Shown: positions 34,582-43,108 of the stretch, piece after piece
Numbering within the stretch: position 1 is the first letter of the stretch
Layout: the number at the start of each line of letters is the position of its first letter
Assembly (NCBI GenBank): GCA_964561455.1
Contig: CAZLPS010000009.1
Coordinates: 13,380-77,379, forward strand
DNA: 64,000 nucleotides
DNA from: an uncultured Opitutales bacterium
GTDB lineage: Bacteria; Verrucomicrobiota; Verrucomicrobiia; Opitutales; JABDGR01
Direction of reading: 5' to 3'
The notes under the pieces: model-generated
What the model saw: only the letters and a program-made list of their open reading frames with translations
What the model was told of the DNA's origin: nothing
Database searches by the model: none
Position numbers and translations under genes: made by a program

Positions 34582-36383
34582 GGCGTACCTTTCAGTTTGT
34601 TCATTTGCTCGGCAATCCGCCCGACTTGGTCGGCATTGGCCGGATGCAGCCCGTACCAGACGCGCTCGAACATCAGCACCATTTCCGCAAAGGTTGGTGG
34701 CAGTTGCGGAAAGGCGTGCCCGCGGCGGTTCAATTCGCGTTCATAATCCCGGTTGGATTTGAATTTGGCCAGACTTACGAGGTGGCGGCCCGCCAGGTGG
34801 GCCAGCCCGGCGAGATAAAAGGCCCGCAGCGCCAGCCGATATTCCCCGCGCGCCAGCATTTCATTGGCCAGCTTCGTCCAGCCGTCCTCGGGCAATTGCT
34901 CCGCCCCGACGTTCTCATCGCTCAAGTCGGGGAGCGCCGGGGCCATCGGGACGGCCGGCGTCGGGGCGCCCGCCCGCTGCCGGTTTTTCCAGGCGCGATA
35001 GAGGAAGATGCCGAGCACCGCCACGACCACGCCGATCAAGATGAAAATCAGGGTTTGCGAAAAAGTCATGCCGAGCAGGAAGGAGGAGGAACTGTCCGTC
35101 GAATTGCGCTGCGCGGGGTCACTCGACGGAAACAATTTCTCCCACAGATCCCTTAGCCAGGTGCCAATCTTATTGATCCAATGCAGCAACGTCCGCCGAA
35201 CTTCGGCGAAGAACCGGCCGATGACGCCCAAATCCTTGTCGTCGTCCAATTTCTCCGCTTGGGGATTGCGCCAGGCGTACTTGTCCTGGTTGATGACCTC
35301 GCTGATGTTTTGGTCCAGTTGCCGCGCATTCGGTTCGCCAGGGATTGCCGCCGGCTTCGGGGTGGAGGCCGTGGTGTCCGGGGGGGACGCCGCCGGTGCC
35401 GCGCCCGGCGCAACCTCCGCCGCCGCCACCTGCCCGCCGAGGAGACAAATGCCCGCCAACAGTATAACCGCCGCCGCCCTTGCTTCCACCGACCAACGCT
35501 TCAACCGGACCTTTAGATCGTCGCCGGAATCGAGGGATTCGGCATAAAAGCACCGCAACGTGTAGTAAACTTTCACCAGGGGATCAACGCTGAGATAGGC
35601 CAGCCCAATCATGGCGGCAAAAAACGTCGAATTCATCAAGCCGCGTATTCCAATCCGCGTATAGGCGGATTCAATCCCGAGAAACGTTTTACCCATCTGC
35701 GGCAGCAAAATGCAAAAGATATACCAGTTGAACAGGACGACGAAGGCGAACCCCAGCAAGGTAACCAACACCCGCAAGTTTTGCTTCCGCCACAAACCGG
35801 CAAATTTCCCGGCCTGCTTCACCACGGCGCCCAGGGATGGCGGTTCCCCGTTTCCGACCACGGTGATGTTTTGAAAGAAGGCAATGGCGGGGGAAAAAAG
35901 CGCCAACGCGAAGGCCACCATTCCGGGCACAAGGATAAATCCCAGCACCGGCACCGTAAACAACATGCCGAGGAAAAAACTCCCGATCGCCTGCATCGCC
36001 ATCACCGGCGCCACACCCAGCAGCAGGCTGAACGGTTGCAATGTGGATTGGGTCAAAAAAATGCGCCACCCGCGGCGCCAGTCCAGGGTGGGTGGTGGTT
36101 CCGCCGCGACCGCGGCCCGGATATGACGCGTGAACCCCGTCTGCCAGAATTTCATCCATAAAAACAGCAGGGTCAGCGCCAGCGAGGCCTCCGCCACGTG
36201 GTTGCGGGCAAACGCGCTGCGGCTCATGTCCGCCCAGAAGTAGAGAAACCCCAATACCATGGGCAGCGACCCCAAATAATAGCTGGCCCATGCTTGGATC
36301 GGCGCGCCGCGCAGCACGTGCGTCGCTTCCTCAACGAGGTCCAGCGCCCGGGGGGCGGTCTCCTTGCGTGCGGAAGATTTCAT
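34578..36383 (-). CDS. Polytopic membrane protein with C-terminal DUF4129 domain
   Basis: It has about 8-10 TM helices and a Pro/Ala-rich linker. The C-terminal sequence is ARGEYRLALRAFYLAGLAHLA ... SNRDYERELNRRG ... FERVWYG, a DUF4129-like pattern. Confidence 0.65.
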   Translation of the reverse strand: MKSSARKETAPRALDLVEEATHVLRGAPIQAWASYYLGSLPMVLGFLYFWADMSRSAFARNHVAEASLALTLLFLWMKFWQTGFTRHIRAAVAAEPPPTLDWRRGWRIFLTQSTLQPFSLLLGVAPVMAMQAIGSFFLGMLFTVPVLGFILVPGMVAFALALFSPAIAFFQNITVVGNGEPPSLGAVVKQAGKFAGLWRKQNLRVLVTLLGFAFVVLFNWYIFCILLPQMGKTFLGIESAYTRIGIRGLMNSTFFAAMIGLAYLSVDPLVKVYYTLRCFYAESLDSGDDLKVRLKRWSVEARAAAVILLAGICLLGGQVAAAEVAPGAAPAASPPDTTASTPKPAAIPGEPNARQLDQNISEVINQDKYAWRNPQAEKLDDDKDLGVIGRFFAEVRRTLLHWINKIGTWLRDLWEKLFPSSDPAQRNSTDSSSSFLLGMTFSQTLIFILIGVVVAVLGIFLYRAWKNRQRAGAPTPAVPMAPALPDLSDENVGAEQLPEDGWTKLANEMLARGEYRLALRAFYLAGLAHLAGRHLVSLAKFKSNRDYERELNRRGHAFPQLPPTFAEMVLMFERVWYGLHPANADQVGRIAEQMNKLKGTP

Positions 36384-36715
36384 GGGTTTTCTTCGTCCTT
36401 GGCCTGGCTGGAGTGCCAGGCGGTGCTGTCATGAAACGATGTGGGGATCGTGAGCAGCGCGGTGCCCAGCAGATAAAAAAAGAACCAGGCCATCAAGAAA
36501 CCCGCACCCAGGGCCGCCACCCGCCCCAGGCTGGCCAGGGACCGTTTGCGGCGCGGCGCGGCGCGTTTAATCTTTATGAGGCAGGACGCGCAGATCACCT
36601 TGTCGTCGTGCTCGGTGATGCACTCGCGGCAATAGAATTGGCCACAGGACGGGCACCGGGCGACCGCTTCCCGTTCGCCATGGTTCAGGCAGCGTTGGTG
36701 GACAAGGCTGGGCAT
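36380..36715 (-). CDS. B-box-type zinc-ribbon protein with C-terminal TM anchor
   Basis: The cysteine and histidine pattern is CLNHGEREAVARCPSCGQFYCRECITEHDDKVICASC, followed by one TM helix. It overlaps the downstream gene by 4 nt. Confidence 0.6.
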   Translation of the reverse strand: MPSLVHQRCLNHGEREAVARCPSCGQFYCRECITEHDDKVICASCLIKIKRAAPRRKRSLASLGRVAALGAGFLMAWFFFYLLGTALLTIPTSFHDSTAWHSSQAKDEENP

Positions 36716-36723
36716 CGGCTAGT

Positions 36724-37305
36724 TCAAGGATTGAGCGGAGGTGGGGCCGCCGGCGGGACGGACGGCAGATGGAGGGGAGCCGCCTGATAAAGCTCCGGCA
36801 ATTTCTCGGCGATTTCCCCGGGCACGAGTTCCCCCTGGGCGGCGGCGATGAGCGGCCGCAATTTCGCCATGGCCTTGCGCGCGCGCCGGATCGTGTTTAA
36901 CGACGGCAGTTCCTCGATTTGTACCGCCGTCCGCAAGTAGGTGGTGACAGTTGTTCCCAAGTAAAGGTTGAATCCCAGCATCAGGCCTATCATCAGCGCG
37001 ATAAATCCGCAGAAAATGTTGGCGAAGGTGTCATCCGCAAAAACGGCCACGGCCAGAAAGAACAGCAGTGGCAGGCAGGCCAAGATGTTCCGGACCAGCC
37101 CGCGCCAATTCTTCTTAACGATAATTGCCTGAATGTCACTGTAGTAAAAACGCTTGTATTCCTCCGCTACGCCGCTGACATCAATACACAGCATATGGTC
37201 CGGGCCCAGCCACAAACTGGAATATCCGGCCGACACCGAAAACAAGCCTCCGCCCACCAGGCGGCGGTGGGCGCGGGTCAGCCGGGTATATTGCGAGTCA
37301 GACAT
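36724..37305 (-). CDS. Hypothetical two-TM membrane protein (possible bacterial PH-like N-terminal region)
   Basis: This 193-aa protein contains LWLGPDHMLCIDVSGVAEEYKRFYYSDIQAIIV, followed by two TM helices. It overlaps the upstream gene by 8 nt. Confidence 0.5.
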   Translation of the reverse strand: MSDSQYTRLTRAHRRLVGGGLFSVSAGYSSLWLGPDHMLCIDVSGVAEEYKRFYYSDIQAIIVKKNWRGLVRNILACLPLLFFLAVAVFADDTFANIFCGFIALMIGLMLGFNLYLGTTVTTYLRTAVQIEELPSLNTIRRARKAMAKLRPLIAAAQGELVPGEIAEKLPELYQAAPLHLPSVPPAAPPPLNP

Positions 37306-37888
37306 TGCTGGAATGGTTGTTCACCAGGGTGAAAATGAGCAGCACCCAACCGGCAATTTGCAGCAGGGCCATGATGATCGCGAAAACAAAACGAATCCGC
37401 GTGCGATGGATGATGCTGCGCGGCGAGTTCCAATGGCGGATCGCAATGAACAACGCCACTGGCGCACTGAATACGGTCAACGGCCAGCAAAGCAATGGCC
37501 AAAAGGCGAGGCCGAGGGCCAGACTGTCATACAGCATCCGGCGGTTTTCGAGGCTCTTGATCTTCCCTTTCTTTTTGCCCACTTCCAGGCAGGCCGGGCA
37601 ATAGTGGGCCCCCAGTAATTCGCAATCGCACAGTGCGCACATGAACCGGCCGCAACCGTCACAGGGCCGCACGGCCTTTTTGGCCGGGTGATAAAAGCAG
37701 GTCGCCTCGCCGTCCACCACGACCAGGTCACCGCTGCGCCCCGCCGCCACCCGCCGGAACAGCGCGGGATATACTTCCACCTGCAATGGCGTTTGGCAAT
37801 TGGGGCAGGGGAGCAATTCCGGCTGATTGAGCGAGCCGCCGTCCAGGGGCGCCTGGCACTTGGGACATTTCACGGGGGCCGGGCTCAT
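37298..37888 (-). CDS. Double zinc-ribbon / B-box membrane protein
   Basis: The first ribbon is CPKCQAPL ... CPNCQTPL. The second is CFYHPAKKAVRPCDGCGRFMCALCDCELLGAHYCPAC. Several C-terminal TM helices follow. Confidence 0.6.
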   Translation of the reverse strand: MSPAPVKCPKCQAPLDGGSLNQPELLPCPNCQTPLQVEVYPALFRRVAAGRSGDLVVVDGEATCFYHPAKKAVRPCDGCGRFMCALCDCELLGAHYCPACLEVGKKKGKIKSLENRRMLYDSLALGLAFWPLLCWPLTVFSAPVALFIAIRHWNSPRSIIHRTRIRFVFAIIMALLQIAGWVLLIFTLVNNHSSNV

Positions 37889-37900
37889 GGGTGCACGCGA

Positions 37901-38533
37901 TTATTTATAGATCACGCGGGTATCGCACATACGATCGTGCAATCCGCGCTTTTCGGCGTCAAATCCAACCATGATATACCCGATGCAGAGAATCATTGCG
38001 CTCACGATCTTGCTGGCCCAGCGACCCAACGCCCGCAGGTACGAGACGGGTCCGCCGTCGGCAGTGACGACTTTGATCCGGCACGCCATCTTGCCGAGGG
38101 TGGCGCCATACTTTCCGATGAAAAAGACTTCATAGGCGATTCCAATCACCAGCCCGAGCACGCCAGCAGTGATTTTCTGGCCCGCCGACTCACTCGCCAT
38201 GCTTTCCTGGGTCTGGATGGCACTCAGGCCAAGCGCCAGCCGAAAAAGGATCGAGAATATATTCATTACGATTGCATCCAAAAACCAGGCCAGAATGCGT
38301 ATCCAAAACCCAGCGTAACGAAACGCCAGGGGATCAATGCGCGCGCCCTCGGCCAGCTTCTGCATGAAAATAGGTTTGCAACCGGCGCAGACGTAACTGT
38401 CGCCATGTTTGATCATCTCATCGGCGGCAAAGAGTTTGCCGCATTCCACGCATACTCGCGTCGCGCCACCGCCCGCTGTTCCTAACGGCGGCGGAACGGG
38501 GTTTGGCTCGGGATTCGAATTCCAGTCGCTCAT
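37901..38533 (-). CDS. Zinc-ribbon + RDD family membrane protein (paralog B)
   Basis: The N-terminus is CVECGKLFAADEMIKHGDSYVCAGCKPIFMQKLAEG. The RDD body contains RYAGFWIRILAWFLD and GATLGKMACRIKVV. It is collinear with 38670-39314. Confidence 0.8.
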   Translation of the reverse strand: MSDWNSNPEPNPVPPPLGTAGGGATRVCVECGKLFAADEMIKHGDSYVCAGCKPIFMQKLAEGARIDPLAFRYAGFWIRILAWFLDAIVMNIFSILFRLALGLSAIQTQESMASESAGQKITAGVLGLVIGIAYEVFFIGKYGATLGKMACRIKVVTADGGPVSYLRALGRWASKIVSAMILCIGYIMVGFDAEKRGLHDRMCDTRVIYK

Positions 38534-38564
38534 GGGGGTTCCTGGGTTGGGGGTTCGACCTTCT

Positions 38565-38593
38565 TTTAGCTAATAAATAACGATTGACTGCAA
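38565..38593 (-). promoter_or_regulatory. Candidate promoter of RDD paralog B
   Basis: The minus strand reads TTGCAG-17 nt-GCTAAA. The same architecture occurs at the same distance from the start codon upstream of paralog A. Confidence 0.35.
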
Positions 38594-38669
38594 GCTTAAT
38601 CAATACCCCCCATGGAAAATCAGCCCATTCCGGCAATTTATCCGGGCCGGGTGTCCGGGGCCCGGGGGG

Positions 38670-39314
38670 CTATTTGTAAATCACGCGGGTGTTGCACAAG
38701 AAATCCTGCGCCGCCCGCTTTTCCTTGTCAAACGCCGCGGGGAGAAAGGCCGCCAGTTCCAGATAAATGTTGGCCCGGGCAATGTTCTTGCAAAACGCAC
38801 GGCTCAATGCGCGCCGGTACGACACGCTTTCGTTTTGGCCCGTTACCACCCGGATCTTGCACGCCATTTTGCCCAAAGTGGCGCCATATTTGCCAATCAT
38901 CAGGGTCTCATAGACGGTCATGATGATCGTCCGGGCCACCAACACCCAAATAGACGCCATGAAAAAAACGCTCGGCAATACATTAGCTGACGGCCGGGAG
39001 GCGGTGGCCAAAAGCACCAGCACCAGTACCACGCCGATGGGAATGCCGACAACGATTCCGTCCACCAGTAGCGCTCCAAATCGCACCCAAAATCCGGCAT
39101 AACGCATTTCCGCCGGGTCAATCCGCGCGCCTTCCGCCAGCTTTTGCATGAAAATCGGTTTGCAACTGGCGCAAACGTATGCCTCCCCGTGCTTGATCAT
39201 TTCTTCCACGGCAAATACCTGGCCGCATTCAACGCACGCGTGCGTCGCGCTTCCCGCTGGCCCCATGGGCGGCGGTACAGAACTTTGTCCAGGGTTTGCC
39301 TGCCAATCACTCAT
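38670..39314 (-). CDS. Zinc-ribbon + RDD family membrane protein (paralog A, first gene of cluster)
   Basis: The N-terminus is CVECGQVFAVEEMIKHGEAYVCASCKPIFMQKLAEG. The RDD body contains RYAGFWVRFGALLVD and GATLGKMACKIRVV. Confidence 0.8.
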   Translation of the reverse strand: MSDWQANPGQSSVPPPMGPAGSATHACVECGQVFAVEEMIKHGEAYVCASCKPIFMQKLAEGARIDPAEMRYAGFWVRFGALLVDGIVVGIPIGVVLVLVLLATASRPSANVLPSVFFMASIWVLVARTIIMTVYETLMIGKYGATLGKMACKIRVVTGQNESVSYRRALSRAFCKNIARANIYLELAAFLPAAFDKEKRAAQDFLCNTRVIYK

Positions 39315-39344
39315 GAGCGGGCCGGGTTGGTTTTCGCCTTCCCT

Positions 39345-39373
39345 TTAGCCCATAATTGCGGTGTCGCCGCAAG
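39345..39373 (-). promoter_or_regulatory. Candidate promoter of RDD paralog A and the cluster
   Basis: The minus strand reads TTGCGG-17 nt-GCTAAA, positionally conserved with 38565-38593. Confidence 0.35.
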
Positions 39374-39633
39374 CCTAATCACCTGAAGATTCCGATGGCA
39401 CGCCCGCAAGGCAGATCCGGCCCCCTTGGCCGTGGTAATATCACTAGGTTTAAAACTGCAAGTAGCCATGCGACTTTTTTAACGCCAACTTTACCGGGAA
39501 ATCCCCCAGGAACCCGCCGCGGCACATAACTTGTCCGCCACCGGGCGGAATTCGCCGGCATGAAATCCCGGTTCAGCGCGCGCAAACGATTGACCAACTG
39601 CCTGTCGTGTGAAAAGTTGGACCTCTACCGGAA

Positions 39634-40821
39634 ATGCAAAACATCATTGTCACCGAGCCCTACGTGCCTGTGCCGCCCAAGCATGGCAACTTTTGGCCCG
39701 CCCTGTGCGGTCGCATTTTGCCGTGGTTCTTGCGGAAATCCTATGGCGTTGTGCAGTTCGATCTCCGGAACCTCGAGCGCCTGCGGGAATCCCTGCGCGC
39801 CGGTCATGGCATTGTCCTCATGCCCAATCATTGCCGGGACGAGGACGGCTTTGTGGTCGGCCAAATCTCCGTAAAACTCCGTTCCTGGTTTTACTACATG
39901 TCCAGCTGGCATGTGTTCAAGATGGGTTGGCTCCAAGGGTTCATGCTGCCGCGCATCGGCCTTTACAGCGTCAATCGCGAAGGCGCGGATCGTTCCTCGG
40001 TGAAAACGTCGGTGGACATCCTCGCCCATGCGCGCCGGCCGATCGTCATCTTCCCGGAAGGCTATTTGGGGCGCAGCAACGACCGGCTGAATGCGATGAT
40101 GGACGGCCCCGCCCTTATTGCGCGCGCGGCCGCCAGGAAGCGCGCCCAAATCAACCCGACGGGAAAAATTGTCGTGCATCCCATCGCCCTGCGCTATCAC
40201 GTGCTCGGTCCCCTCGCACCGGGCGTCGCGGGCGTTTTGACGGAAATTGAACAACGCCTTGCGCTGCCTCAGGGCGCGAAACTCCCCTTGCGGGAGCGGG
40301 TGGATAAAATTGGCGAAGCACTGCAAGCCAAACGGGAAATCGAACACCTCGGCCAGGCCCAAACCGGTCCGCTCGCGCCTCGCCTCGCCCACCTTATCCA
40401 GGTGCTTCTCCAACCGCTCGAAGATGAATGGATTGGGGCGCGCTATCACAGCGAGCCCGTGCAGTCGCGGGTGCGCCGCCTCCGCGTGGCCATTGTTCCT
40501 GGTTTGGTGAAAAAAGATCTCCCCGAGGCCGAGGTCAAACGCCGCTGGAAGCACCTGGCCGACATTTATCTTGCCCAGCAATTGGACGCCTATCCGCCAG
40601 ATTACCTGGCCGGCGATCCTCCTCCCGAGCGCCTGCTCGAGACCATCGAGCGCTACCAGGAGGATTTGACCGACAAATTGCAACCTTATGTCCCGCTTGC
40701 CGTAACTATTACGATCGGTGAAGCCATCGAAGTCAACGCCGGCAGAGCGCCCCATGGGGCGGACGACCCGTTGTTGCAAGCCGTGGAGGAACAATTGCGG
40801 TCCATGCTGGGGCTGAAATAG
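39634..40821 (+). CDS. Lysophospholipid (PlsC-family) acyltransferase-like protein
   Basis: The HX4D motif occurs in PNHCRDEDGF and the FPEG block in VIFPEGYLGR. The long antisense ORF 39625-40794 has no motif and is rejected. Confidence 0.8.
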   Translation: MQNIIVTEPYVPVPPKHGNFWPALCGRILPWFLRKSYGVVQFDLRNLERLRESLRAGHGIVLMPNHCRDEDGFVVGQISVKLRSWFYYMSSWHVFKMGWLQGFMLPRIGLYSVNREGADRSSVKTSVDILAHARRPIVIFPEGYLGRSNDRLNAMMDGPALIARAAARKRAQINPTGKIVVHPIALRYHVLGPLAPGVAGVLTEIEQRLALPQGAKLPLRERVDKIGEALQAKREIEHLGQAQTGPLAPRLAHLIQVLLQPLEDEWIGARYHSEPVQSRVRRLRVAIVPGLVKKDLPEAEVKRRWKHLADIYLAQQLDAYPPDYLAGDPPPERLLETIERYQEDLTDKLQPYVPLAVTITIGEAIEVNAGRAPHGADDPLLQAVEEQLRSMLGLK

Positions 40822-40941
40822 TTTACGGTTTGCGGTTTACCGTTTACAGTTGGGACATTAAGGCATCAATTCTGACCCCGAACTACCTTTAGCTTGCATC
40901 GTTTTGCGAACCGAAAACTGTAAACCGTAAACTGCTCCCTT
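40822..40941. repeat. Inverted pair of GTTTACG-flavour heptamer arrays between convergent genes
   Basis: The left array reads gtttacg gtttgcg gtttacc gtttaca. The right array reads cgaaccg aaaactg taaaccg taaactg and is the reverse complement of the same flavour. Confidence 0.65.
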
Positions 40942-40945
40942 CCTA

Positions 40946-41851
40946 TTACCCTCCCAACGGCAGCGCACTTGGCACCGCCCGCGCACCATTCCTGGCTGGC
41001 GCCCGGCCCACTGGCCGGCGCTGGGAAAAGGTGTCGCCCAATTTCAATTTTAGTGCTTCATCGGCCGTTTTTCCGGCCACATCCAATCGTTGGAATTGGA
41101 TGATATTATTCTCGGAGTTTTGCAAAACGAACAGGTAACCCTGATAGTGGAACGGCGCCAGACCCGGGGTGATGCTCGCGACCGATTCAGGGATGGCTGC
41201 GCCTGAATAATCCTGCCGACCGACCGCATCCAAATCCACCGCAAACGTTTGGACGCCGATTACTTTATAACGCCCGGCCGGCCCGGGCTGCTGCCCAATC
41301 AGGACCAGGGTTCCCTTGAGACCCTTGAAATTTAACTTGGTTTCCCGGTTAATCAAAATCACTTTGGGTGACCGCAGTCCCGGCCCGCGGGGGTTCGGCG
41401 CTGCCGCCACCACCGCCTCAAGGGTGATTTTTATCGCAATATCGGATTCCGTGGTGGCCAGGGCATCCCTGGGTTGGTCGGCCGCGGGTTTCCAGCCCCG
41501 CACATACTCGCGGTCGGCCACAGTAAGGGATTGCACATCTAGACTGTAGGCCTTCCCATCCGCGCGCTTGACCACGACTTCGCCGTTTTTGACCAAGACC
41601 ACCTCGGCCGGATAAGTCTGGCCACCGGCCTCCGTAAACGCGTGCATCTCCGGCTGGCTGGCCGCAACCAGCAAAAGGGCGCCGCCCAAGGCCACGCTAC
41701 GCCGCACCCACGCCGGCCAGTTTGGCGCGCCTGCGGAAAAAACAGGAAAAAAGCCGGGCTTGAGCAAAACCTGGCGATTTGGGGTGGGGTGGTGCATGAC
41801 CTGTGGCTCGGAATCAGCGATTAACGGCTCAAAAAAGCCGCCCCGGCGCAA
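40946..41851 (-). CDS. Hypothetical secreted protein with SHD1-like segment
   Basis: A signal-like segment (ALGGALLLVAASQPEMHA) is present. The sequence EVVLVKNGEVVVKRADGKAYSLDVQSLTVADREYVRGW resembles the SLA1-homology SHD1 pattern. Confidence 0.5.
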   Translation of the reverse strand: MRRGGFFEPLIADSEPQVMHHPTPNRQVLLKPGFFPVFSAGAPNWPAWVRRSVALGGALLLVAASQPEMHAFTEAGGQTYPAEVVLVKNGEVVVKRADGKAYSLDVQSLTVADREYVRGWKPAADQPRDALATTESDIAIKITLEAVVAAAPNPRGPGLRSPKVILINRETKLNFKGLKGTLVLIGQQPGPAGRYKVIGVQTFAVDLDAVGRQDYSGAAIPESVASITPGLAPFHYQGYLFVLQNSENNIIQFQRLDVAGKTADEALKLKLGDTFSQRRPVGRAPARNGARAVPSALPLGG

Positions 41852-41959
41852 AATTCGCAGTTCACAGTCGAACCGATATGGGTATTATCGACCTTATCTG
41901 CGCCCCATTAAAGCTTTTTTTGGAACGATTATCATTGCCTGTCTGACCAACTTTTTGCC

Positions 41960-43102
41960 GTGAATCTGCTGCACCGCTACATCTTTAAGGAAATCGTCGC
42001 CGCCACGGCGATGGCGGTTGGCCTGTTCGTCTTTGTGCTCGTGCTCGGCAACGTCATGCGCGAAGTGCTCGACCGCCTGGCCAGCGGCCAGATAGACTTG
42101 CCGATGTTCGGCTACTTGCTGGTCAATTACATCCCCGGCGTAATTCCCTACGCCCTGCCGCTGGGCCTGCTTACCGCCGTGCTCCTGGTCGTGGGCCGGA
42201 TGTGCGCCCAGCGCGAATTCACCGCCATGCGCGCCGCTGGCTTGAGCCTGTGGTCCCTCGCGGCCCCGATTATGCTCGTCGCCTGTTTGGGCACGTTGCT
42301 CTGCCTGTTCATCAATATTGACTATGCGCCAGCGGCCGACCATGCGGTCAAAGTCGCCTTGGCCAACCTGGTGCGCCAGGACCCGTCACGCCTTTTCATT
42401 CCCGGCAGTTATGTGCGCGAATTCAAGGGCTACATCATTCGTTCGGGCGGGCGCGAAGGGCCCAAGCTTCTCGACATTTGGATTTGGAAGGTGGACGACC
42501 AGGGTCGGGCCGTGGCCAGAGTCCATGGCTCCCGCGGCCACTTGGACTATAATTCAGCCAGCGATGTCCTCACCCTCATCCTGGAGGACGGCGCCGAAGA
42601 AAGTTACAATCCCACCGACCCCGATTACCTGGCCAGTGTCAAAAATGCCGGCCCCCAATTCAAAGGCGGCGGTTATCCCTTGAACATGGGTGACCTGATT
42701 CCGTTTTCCGCGGGCTTCACCAAACTCTCCCTGTTGACGGTGGATGAACTCTTGCGGCGCCGCGATGAAAAACCGCCCAATTTAGCCAATCCGAAGCCTG
42801 CGGAAACCGCCGTCTGGCGCATGGAAGTGCAAATGCAAATCCAGCGCGACTTCGCCGGGGCGTTCTCCGTCCTGGCCCTGGCCTTGCTCGGCCTGCCGCT
42901 GTCCCTGCGGGTCGGCCGGGCGGAGAATTTTGTCAATCTCGCCCTCGCTCTCGGTTTGGCGCTGATCTATTATTTCCTGCTCTTTTCGATCAATCTCCTC
43001 CACAAACATCCGGAACTTCGCCCGGATTTGCTGCTCTGGGCGCCGAATTTCATCTTTGAGGCCCTGGGCATTTGGCTGCTCTACCGGGCGGCAAAAAGGT
43101 GA
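41960..43102 (+). CDS. LptF/LptG-family LPS export permease
   Basis: The N-terminus MNLLHRYIFKEIVAATAMAVGLFVFVLVL fits the family. The topology is three TM helices, a periplasmic domain, then three TM helices, typical of YjgP/YjgQ. Confidence 0.85.
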   Translation: MNLLHRYIFKEIVAATAMAVGLFVFVLVLGNVMREVLDRLASGQIDLPMFGYLLVNYIPGVIPYALPLGLLTAVLLVVGRMCAQREFTAMRAAGLSLWSLAAPIMLVACLGTLLCLFINIDYAPAADHAVKVALANLVRQDPSRLFIPGSYVREFKGYIIRSGGREGPKLLDIWIWKVDDQGRAVARVHGSRGHLDYNSASDVLTLILEDGAEESYNPTDPDYLASVKNAGPQFKGGGYPLNMGDLIPFSAGFTKLSLLTVDELLRRRDEKPPNLANPKPAETAVWRMEVQMQIQRDFAGAFSVLALALLGLPLSLRVGRAENFVNLALALGLALIYYFLLFSINLLHKHPELRPDLLLWAPNFIFEALGIWLLYRAAKR

Positions 43103-43108
43103 TGGATA

